A program made the position numbers and the translations under genes. Under the pieces are notes generated by a model that had not been told where the DNA came from, did no database searches, and saw nothing but the letters and a program-made list of their open reading frames with translations. Below are positions 1-6,002 of a DNA stretch of 64,000 bases, in pieces. Every line of letters starts with the position of its first letter. Position 1 is the stretch's first letter. The DNA comes from a virus (Duplodnaviria > Caudoviricetes): positions 432 to 64,431 of the IMG/VR virus record IMGVR_UViG_3300048886_001579, one strand, 5' to 3'.

Positions 1-240
1 ATCTTTTAAATCAATTAATGATTCTTTCCAATTTCCCAATAGAGAATTGCTTTCTTTTAATGATACGGAAATTGGATTTGTAATTTGTAGAACCTCTCCC
101 TCTACAACATCCCATGTATCGCAATCAACATCAGTTGTGAGTTCGGGTTTATTTTGAAAAACAAAAATTTTACCATCTCTATCCCTAGCAAGATATTCAA
201 AATGTGTTGGTACTAGAGTTTCAATAGTTAGTTTTTTCAT
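1..240 (-). CDS. Hypothetical protein, truncated by the window edge (MKKLTIETLVPTHFEYLARDRDGKIFVFQNKP...); paralog of 41779..41991
   Basis: Hand-translated: ATG at 240, open to position 1; not in ORF track. Confidence 0.75.
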   Translation of the reverse strand, partial: MKKLTIETLVPTHFEYLARDRDGKIFVFQNKPELTTDVDCDTWDVVEGEVLQITNPISVSLKESNSLLGNWKESLIDLKD

Positions 241-250
241 TACTTTATAT

Positions 251-496
251 TTATGAGAATAGATCGTTTTGACTTTTTAAAGCACTTTTAATATCTTTAT
301 TTAAATCTTTTATTCTTTGCTTCGCCGCATTTTCTCTTTTCAATCTTTTAGCTAATGAAGGTTTTACAAAATATTCTTTCTTTTTTAAATCTTGTATAAT
401 TCCTTCATCATTAACTTTATTTTTAAAAAGCTGTAGAGTTCTAAAGTTATTATTGTTTTTATTTTTTACAGTAATTCTCACTACATTTTTTGACAT
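251..496 (-). CDS. rpsU: Ribosomal protein bS21 homolog
   Basis: 81 aa basic protein with the bS21 pattern (FKNKV..EGIIQDLKKKEYFVKPS..KRLKR..A). Confidence 0.85.
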   Translation of the reverse strand: MSKNVVRITVKNKNNNNFRTLQLFKNKVNDEGIIQDLKKKEYFVKPSLAKRLKRENAAKQRIKDLNKDIKSALKSQNDLFS

Positions 497-502
497 AATT
501 AA

Positions 503-851
503 TTAGCCATTTAATTGTTGTTGTTGTTTATTGATAATCTCTTTATCAATAAGAAGAAGTCTTTGATTAAGCTCGGCTCTTTCAGAATATACTTCTTCTT
601 GTTGCTTTGAATCTAAAAGATATTCTTTTAAGTTTTCTAATTCTTCTAAACTCATTGTATGAAAATTTAATTGATCCATTTGTATCGATGGGTTTTCTAA
701 GTTATAGTAAACAACTAATGTTGAATTTTCATTTTTAATTATTCTTTTAACGTGTCTAAGTTTAGCCTGTGAAGTCTTTTCCTCACAGGCATGGACACTC
801 TCCGTAGAAATCGGTTGATCTCGATTCCAGTATTCTCCTGAAAAAATTCAT
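503..851 (-). other. Hypothetical coiled-coil gene split by a frame change near its start (or 58-aa ORF 503..679 plus 22-aa peptide 783..851)
   Basis: GGAG RBS + ATG at 851 stops at TGA 783-785; the +1 frame is open 847 to 503 with no ATG until 679. Confidence 0.4.
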
Positions 852-880
852 ATTGTCTCCTTTTTTTAAATCTATCCAAT

Positions 881-888
881 TATTTAGA
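881..888 (-). promoter_or_regulatory. Late-promoter-like motif TCTAAATA upstream of the 851 ORF and bS21
   Basis: Variant of T4 gp55 TATAAATA box in an intergenic gap. Confidence 0.4.
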
Positions 889-899
889 TAGTGGAGATA

Positions 900-1358
900 T
901 CACCTCTTCTTAGCCGCTGGCATCGCACGGGAACCAAACCAAAAACTTATAATAGCGGCAAATAGAGCCTCAGTTTCATCATCCCATACAATATTAATAG
1001 TTTGATTTAAATCTGCATCTATTTGTATTGCTTGCCATACAAGTACTACTTTAATACCTATAAATGTCAATACAAACACATACGTTATAAAAGGTCTTAC
1101 AAATGCTCTTAACGAGTTTATAAAACCCCCCTGTTGACCTAATGCAGTATCATGTTCAAGAAGCATTTTCTGTTCATCAAAATCTTTTTTTGCTTGAAAC
1201 AGTTTAATGTCTAAATCTACACCTGCTTTTTTTGCTTCTATCTGCAGTTTAAATTCTTCTTGTTTTGCTTTCTTCTCTTCTTTGTCTTTAAAGAAGTCCA
1301 TTATGGAAGGTACAGTAGAAGTAGCAAATCCCAATACACTTCCTAATATTGTAAGCAT
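900..1358 (-). CDS. Holin-like membrane protein (3TM holin / DUF3154-like)
   Basis: LRAFVRPFITYVF..., C-terminal AAIISFWFGSR motif, hydrophobic segments. Confidence 0.65.
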   Translation of the reverse strand: MLTILGSVLGFATSTVPSIMDFFKDKEEKKAKQEEFKLQIEAKKAGVDLDIKLFQAKKDFDEQKMLLEHDTALGQQGGFINSLRAFVRPFITYVFVLTFIGIKVVLVWQAIQIDADLNQTINIVWDDETEALFAAIISFWFGSRAMPAAKKR

Positions 1359-1367
1359 TATATTCCT

Positions 1368-1673
1368 TTATACATCAGTTCCATCATTTTTAAAACTATC
1401 AGTTAAAACTTTTAAATTTTCGTATGCTTGTTTGGTTAGAGTGTCTTCATCACGGGACGAGTTTTGATCACAATCAAAGTTAAAGTAAATATTTGATGCG
1501 AGGGGGGTATCTGGATTTTTTTCTCTTTGATAGTCGTTAGTCCACACCCAAACATTTACTCGATATGTAAGTGCTGAATTTTCTCTATCCCAAGGAGTGA
1601 TAGTCTGCACCTTATAATATGCTTTATCTACAATCACACCAAAAGTAGTTAAATAAGACTTTTCAATTGCCAT
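1368..1673 (-). CDS. Hypothetical protein
   Basis: ORF in tightly packed minus-strand run with AAGGA RBS context. Confidence 0.7.
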   Translation of the reverse strand: MAIEKSYLTTFGVIVDKAYYKVQTITPWDRENSALTYRVNVWVWTNDYQREKNPDTPLASNIYFNFDCDQNSSRDEDTLTKQAYENLKVLTDSFKNDGTDV

Positions 1674-1953
1674 TATTCGCTAAGTCCTGTGTTTCCTTAT
1701 GTTCTGGATCGTCTTTGTCTTTGAACCAATAATCGGTGCTTTTTGATAAGACTGCAACATAGGCCCCAACCAAAATGTTTATTAATTGCATATGATTGTC
1801 TGCAACACTATCTGAAAAAAATAGCAAATATAAAAGAATTAAAAATGTTCCCATAATAACCCAAGACAAACTAATCCTGGCCCACCAATTTTTTACTTTT
1901 CTTTTTTCTATAGCCGCCAATTCCTCACCCGACTGTTTTGTAGATATAGGCAT
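1663..1953 (-). CDS. Two-TM small membrane protein (holin-like)
   Basis: Two hydrophobic helices followed by DYWF and an acidic tail; GAGG RBS. Confidence 0.65.
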   Translation of the reverse strand: MPISTKQSGEELAAIEKRKVKNWWARISLSWVIMGTFLILLYLLFFSDSVADNHMQLINILVGAYVAVLSKSTDYWFKDKDDPEHKETQDLANNGN

Positions 1954-1979
1954 TATATTTCCTCATTATGTTTCAGTTA

Positions 1980-2402
1980 TTATCCTTCTGTGGGCAGACC
2001 CTGACCAATCGCAGTAATTTTTTCTCCGCCTGCTTCTGCATCTTTAATTCTTAAAGCACTACCATATGCTTGGTCTAAAATATCAGTATTCATATACTTG
2101 ACATTAGTAGGATCATATCCAAATTTTACCAAAAATTCTTGTTTTTCTGAAACTCCGAGTTCAGCGGTTTCAGGCACGGATTTAAGTTCTTCTGCTTCTG
2201 CTTCGTTTACTATTTGGTCTAATTGATCACCAATAGTAACTTCTTCATTTTGTTGAAGAGGATCTATTATTTCTGCATTAGCAAAAGTGTCTTCTTTAGA
2301 ACTTTGCACATCAACATCATCCGTGTGATGAAGAAGAAGTTTTTTAAGTTCCTCTTTTTCTGCATCAGACAAACTTTCAAATAACTCTTTTACATTTAAC
2401 AT
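1980..2402 (-). CDS. Acidic hypothetical protein
   Basis: ORF with AAGGA RBS. Confidence 0.7.
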   Translation of the reverse strand: MLNVKELFESLSDAEKEELKKLLLHHTDDVDVQSSKEDTFANAEIIDPLQQNEEVTIGDQLDQIVNEAEAEELKSVPETAELGVSEKQEFLVKFGYDPTNVKYMNTDILDQAYGSALRIKDAEAGGEKITAIGQGLPTEG

Positions 2403-2413
2403 TTTTTTCCTTT

Positions 2414-2527
2414 TTAAACTGGTGCTACTTGTTCATCATCAACTTCACATCCACAAGGATTTTCAGACGAACATTCACATGGATCACAGGTGCAATTTTC
2501 GCATTTGCATTCTGGATTATTACACAT
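2414..2527 (-). CDS. Metallothionein-like Cys-rich peptide MCNNPECKCENCTCDPCECSSENPCGCEVDDEQVAPV (37 aa, 9 Cys)
   Basis: Hand-translated; GGAG RBS 5 nt before ATG; four CxC motifs; fills the gap between neighbouring genes. Confidence 0.8.
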   Translation of the reverse strand: MCNNPECKCENCTCDPCECSSENPCGCEVDDEQVAPV

Positions 2528-2551
2528 TTTAACTCCTTTTTAACTCCCTTA

Positions 2552-2559
2552 TATTTATG
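2552..2559 (-). promoter_or_regulatory. Late-promoter-like motif CATAAATA upstream of the metallothionein-like ORF
   Basis: One mismatch to T4 late box TATAAATA, about 25 nt before ATG. Confidence 0.5.
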
Positions 2560-2578
2560 TTTATACGGGATTCGATTA

Positions 2579-3262
2579 TTAATTATACCAGTTAACCTTA
2601 ACTGGACTATGGGTTTTCACACTACTAAAACTAGGAAATCGAAAATCTTCATAATGATGTTCAGTACGATGTTTGCTTTCATCTGGAATTCCAACTCCCA
2701 TCAACAAAAAAACTTTACTGCCCAATATTGTATTGATTTCTTCTTCCATACAACCACAACATCCACTAGCATAACCCAACTGAGTTGATATAAGTTTTAC
2801 ATATCCAGCCGCAATTCCAACAGATGTTAGTACATCTTTAGTCCAACATACATCATCATATTTTGTATCTTCATTGGCACTAAAAGCAAGAAGTAAATGG
2901 GCCAATGTTTGAGGATTCGTTTTAAATTCAATAGAAGGAGTGGGATTCTTCGCTTTATCTCTTTCTTCTCGGTTTTTTCTATCTGATCCTTCCGAAACGG
3001 CTTTAGAATAATCAGAAAGTTTCATAGACGGATCAATTGGAAAACATTCAGTGGCCGAATGAATCTTTTCAATTGTGTCTCTATTAGTGATTACTGAAAC
3101 ATCGAAAAAATTAATATTCTGTCGAGAAGGACAATGAGTAACCGCCTCCATAATCAAATCAACATCTTCTTGAGGCATTTCTTTATCGAGATCCCAATTT
3201 CTTTGACATTTTTGTGATTCATGAATAGCTCTTTTGAGTTGATCTTTGTATGATCCATGCAT
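2579..3262 (-). CDS. Nitroreductase-family flavoprotein
   Basis: SQKCQRNWD...CPSRQN FMN-binding pattern; GYASGCCGC and LLMGVG segments. Confidence 0.75.
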   Translation of the reverse strand: MHGSYKDQLKRAIHESQKCQRNWDLDKEMPQEDVDLIMEAVTHCPSRQNINFFDVSVITNRDTIEKIHSATECFPIDPSMKLSDYSKAVSEGSDRKNREERDKAKNPTPSIEFKTNPQTLAHLLLAFSANEDTKYDDVCWTKDVLTSVGIAAGYVKLISTQLGYASGCCGCMEEEINTILGSKVFLLMGVGIPDESKHRTEHHYEDFRFPSFSSVKTHSPVKVNWYN

Positions 3263-3278
3263 GAGGCTCTTTCTTTTT

Positions 3279-3668
3279 TTAAGTTTTTGCTTCTTGTTTA
3301 TTCTTATAATCTAATATTGCCGCTTTTATAGCATCTTCTGCTAATACTGAACAATGAATTTTGACAGGAGGAAGCGACAATTCTTCTACAAGTTCTGTAT
3401 TTGTAACTGTCTGGGCTTCATCTAACGTTTTATCTTTAATCCACTCAGTAGCAAGACTACTTGTAGCAATAGCACTACCACAACCAAATGTTTTAAATTT
3501 AGTATCAACAATTTTATCATTTTCATCTACTTTTATTTGTATTTTCATTACATCACCACATTCGGGTGCGCCAACCAATCCTGTACCAACGCTTGGATCA
3601 TTTTTATCAAAACTTCCAATATTTTTGGGGTTTTCAAAATGATCTAATACTTTATCTGAATATGCCAT
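3279..3668 (-). CDS. iscU: Fe-S cluster scaffold IscU
   Basis: YSDKVLDHFENPKN, GAPECGDVM, FKTFGCGSAIA, LPPVKIHCSVLAEDA. Confidence 0.97.
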   Translation of the reverse strand: MAYSDKVLDHFENPKNIGSFDKNDPSVGTGLVGAPECGDVMKIQIKVDENDKIVDTKFKTFGCGSAIATSSLATEWIKDKTLDEAQTVTNTELVEELSLPPVKIHCSVLAEDAIKAAILDYKNKQEAKT

Positions 3669-3669
3669 A

Positions 3670-4029
3670 TTATTTTATCCATGAAGGTGTAAACACTTCT
3701 TCTTGTTTAATTGAAAAACTAGTAGAACAACCACATGTTGATTGTGCTTTAGGATTTTGAAATCTTGGTCCTGGTGCGGATAAGTCTGTTGACCAATCTA
3801 TTTCTAAACCATCTACTATCAAATGACTCTTTCTGTCTATTACTATAGGCATACCTCCAGATTCAAAACACAAATCTCTTTTAGATGGTTTACCAAATTC
3901 TAAAATATATTCATAACCAGCACATCCACCGCCCTTAACAGCTACCCTCAAAGGAATTTCTTCAGACAATTCTTCATCTTCACGAATTCTCTTAAAATTT
4001 TTAGCCGCTTTTTCTGTTAAACTGATCAT
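3670..4029 (-). CDS. iscA: A-type Fe-S carrier IscA/ErpA (HesB family)
   Basis: VKGGGCAG and NPKAQSTCGCSTSF motifs. Confidence 0.92.
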   Translation of the reverse strand: MISLTEKAAKNFKRIREDEELSEEIPLRVAVKGGGCAGYEYILEFGKPSKRDLCFESGGMPIVIDRKSHLIVDGLEIDWSTDLSAPGPRFQNPKAQSTCGCSTSFSIKQEEVFTPSWIK

Positions 4030-4046
4030 TTTTCCTTAATTAGAGG

Positions 4047-4070
4047 GCCCCATCTGCAAGCAGATAGGGC
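4047..4070 (-). other. GC-rich 10-bp hairpin (GCCCTATCTG-CTTG-CAGATGGGGC) upstream of iscA
   Basis: Inverted repeat seen directly; no U-tract follows. Confidence 0.55.
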
Positions 4071-4080
4071 GCCACGCCAA

Positions 4081-4308
4081 TTACTTCTTTTCTACGAATT
4101 CATACAACTCAGTTGCCTTCTTCTTTATATCCTCAATGGAATATGAATCGGGCTGAAGTTCATTCCAGAGCTTCATATTAGCTTCGCCGTTATCTTTTGC
4201 AAGATCCCAAGCATTGTAAACAAAGTCTTGGTTGCGTTGAGCTTGTTCTTGGAGATAACCCTGTGCCATCTCTAATAGTTTGAATCGTAGTTCGAATGGA
4301 TTAGACAT
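4081..4308 (-). CDS. Conserved T4-like small hypothetical protein (MSNPFELRFKLLEMAQ...)
   Basis: AGGA RBS before ATG 4308; the longer track start (4368) overlaps the tmRNA. Confidence 0.75.
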   Translation of the reverse strand: MSNPFELRFKLLEMAQGYLQEQAQRNQDFVYNAWDLAKDNGEANMKLWNELQPDSYSIEDIKKKATELYEFVEKK

Positions 4309-4387
4309 ATTGTCCTTTCTCTGTGTGTGTTTATGTGTGTAATGGATTGTTTCTGTTCCGAGGCACAATCCCCAAGCCCGTCAGCAA

Positions 4388-4435
4388 TTAAGCGGCTAAT
4401 GCCACCTGTGCTGGATAATAATCGTTATTATTTGC
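4388..4435 (-). other. tmRNA tag reading frame ANNNDYYPAQVALAA*
   Basis: GCA resume codon, AN.. start and ALAA-stop end typical of SsrA tags. Confidence 0.9.
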
Positions 4436-4525
4436 GATTAAATTAAATGACATTTTACATCTGTCAAGATGGTCTCCTCTGCATAATCACATTCAATCGA
4501 ATTCTATTACAGCCCCATCAAAGAA

Positions 4526-4609
4526 TTACATGCTATAATTAAGATAAAACCATGCTATACCCATTCCCAATAATGTCAGAGTAAAAAACCATGTTAATAC
4601 TTTATCCAT
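4526..4609 (-). CDS. 27-aa single-TM peptide MDKVLTWFFTLTLLGMGIAWFYLNYSM inside the tmRNA intervening segment
   Basis: AAGGA RBS directly after the CCA end; ATG..TAA fills 84 of ~102 nt of the spacer; hydrophobic. Confidence 0.6.
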   Translation of the reverse strand: MDKVLTWFFTLTLLGMGIAWFYLNYSM

Positions 4610-4682
4610 ATAATCCTTTGGTGGAGCTGATCGGAATCGCACCGATGTCTTAAATGCTACTCTACAGTATCATCAACTAAAA

Positions 4683-5048
4683 CTATTTAGACAAATCCTG
4701 TGTCACATCTTTAATTTTTTCTATTTGTTTCATAATAATTTGTTCACGTTTTGGCCAATAAATATAGTCTTTTTCTGGATTTTTCATAAGATTGTATAAA
4801 ATAGGTAAAATTAATTCTTCTACTTTACCCATATCTTCTACATATTTTTCTTCTAGATAATCTTTTTTATAACCTATTTCTTTTATAGCAGAATCTATTT
4901 TCTTTTCCAATGCTGAAAAATCTTTTGACTTTGCTTCTACTTGTTCAATCTTTTTTTCTACTTCTGTAGTTTTTGCTTTATATTCTTCATCATCTACTGC
5001 GGAAAAACCGAAGTCAAAATTAGCATATTCTTCAGGTATTTGTGCCAT
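4683..5048 (-). CDS. Conserved T4-like hypothetical protein (..DFGFSAVD...YIYWPKR..)
   Basis: ORF; start trimmed to MAQIPEEY. Confidence 0.7.
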   Translation of the reverse strand: MAQIPEEYANFDFGFSAVDDEEYKAKTTEVEKKIEQVEAKSKDFSALEKKIDSAIKEIGYKKDYLEEKYVEDMGKVEELILPILYNLMKNPEKDYIYWPKREQIIMKQIEKIKDVTQDLSK

Positions 5049-5613
5049 GTTCGTATCCGTATTTGCAAATCCAATAAGAGTCAACTATATCTGAAATGGG
5101 ATTTTTATCACACTTTGTTTGAAATTCTTTTGCAAGTTCTCTCTGTGTGTCAGACACAAAAGAATCATACATTAATTCTTTATTTGCGTTTCCCTTATCG
5201 GATGCGTATTTTTTGATTACTGTGGGAGGTATCATTTCATACCTCAATTTACAGTTGATTAAAGCATATTTTAAAATTGCCATATTTTCCGCAATTTGTA
5301 AAACTCTTTGTCCACTTGCGGAGTAGGCGTAATTTTCAATATAGACTATTTTGGGTCTTTTAGTGAATTGTATAATACATTCTATTACCCAAGAAGATAA
5401 TCCCGTATATCTTTCCATCTCTGTATTATATTTAGGATATTTTGTAATTTCAATATTTTTTAAAGGACCCCATCTATCAAGTTGTCTATCATTTTTTGCT
5501 AAACAATAATGTTTAATATTTTCATATTTCCATTCACCATGACATTCTGTTATTGCTGGACTTGTTAATGAATAATCTATTCCCACATGAAAATCATCTA
5601 TCCCAGTTATCAT
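5032..5613 (-). CDS. RuvC-like (RNase H fold) nuclease / Holliday junction resolvase
   Basis: GIDYSLTSPA, IENYAY, PTVIKKYA..KGNANKE, DIVDSYWI acidic motifs. Confidence 0.7.
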   Translation of the reverse strand: MITGIDDFHVGIDYSLTSPAITECHGEWKYENIKHYCLAKNDRQLDRWGPLKNIEITKYPKYNTEMERYTGLSSWVIECIIQFTKRPKIVYIENYAYSASGQRVLQIAENMAILKYALINCKLRYEMIPPTVIKKYASDKGNANKELMYDSFVSDTQRELAKEFQTKCDKNPISDIVDSYWICKYGYEHGTNT

Positions 5614-5749
5614 CTTCGTCTTCTTCTGATAATTCTATCATTTCTCCACAATAAGAACAAAATTGTACTCGTTCACTTTCATCATCATGAACTATAACTT
5701 CATACATTTTAGAGCAAAATGTACATTCAATTTTTTCAATTATTTCCAT
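5594..5749 (-). CDS. Small zinc-ribbon protein (CTFC...CSYC, acidic tail; 51 aa)
   Basis: Hand-translated; two CxxC pairs; overlaps both neighbours. Confidence 0.75.
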   Translation of the reverse strand: MEIIEKIECTFCSKMYEVIVHDDESERVQFCSYCGEMIELSEEDEDDNWDR

Positions 5750-6002
5750 TTTTGACTAATTCTTCCTCTAATTCTTCTACAGTCAGAAAAACTTTACCAT
5801 CCAAAAAAATTTGAGGAATCTTTTTACTTCCTGTAACGGTCAATATTTTACCAAACAGTCTCTTATCTGCTTGAATGAACATGTATTGTGTTTTGTGTTT
5901 ATCTAATAAAGACTTTGCTTTGTCACACATTGCACATTCACGAAAAGTAAAATGTCCAACAACATAATTTCCTTTATTAAAATCTATTTCATATTTTAAC
6001 AT
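5736..6002 (-). CDS. Glutaredoxin/NrdH-like redoxin
   Basis: CAMC active site, KIPQIFLDG; TAATG-coupled to the RNR stop. Confidence 0.85.
   Translation of the reverse strand: MLKYEIDFNKGNYVVGHFTFRECAMCDKAKSLLDKHKTQYMFIQADKRLFGKILTVTGSKKIPQIFLDGKVFLTVEELEEELVKNGNN

Larger units (their letters stand above)
4340..4672 (-). ncRNA. ssrA: Circularly permuted (two-piece) tmRNA: acceptor piece ~4672..4619 ending CAGCTCCACCA; coding piece 4516..~4340 starting GGGGCTG
   Basis: 7-bp acceptor stem GGGGCUG/CAGCUCC with G3-U; T-arm AUCGG-UGCGAUU-CCGAU; helix-2 pairings UUGAAUG/CAUUUAA and UGCAG/CUGUA; encoded CCA; tag frame; outer ends approximate. Confidence 0.92.

Noticed and set aside
762-851. Selenoprotein reading MNFF...GECPCL-U-GKDFTG with a hairpin as SECIS
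   Set aside because: The UGA lies inside the stem with the loop only about 2 nt downstream, which does not fit bacterial SECIS geometry; the product would be only 29 aa and no sel genes are present
4309-4368. Longer start (MCLGTET...) for the 4081 ORF
   Set aside because: It overlaps the tmRNA 3' hairpin; the AGGA RBS supports ATG 4308
4619-4650. Stand-alone tRNA-Ala or integration-site remnant
   Set aside because: No anticodon arm; it pairs fully with the GGGGCTG piece 100 nt downstream as a permuted tmRNA
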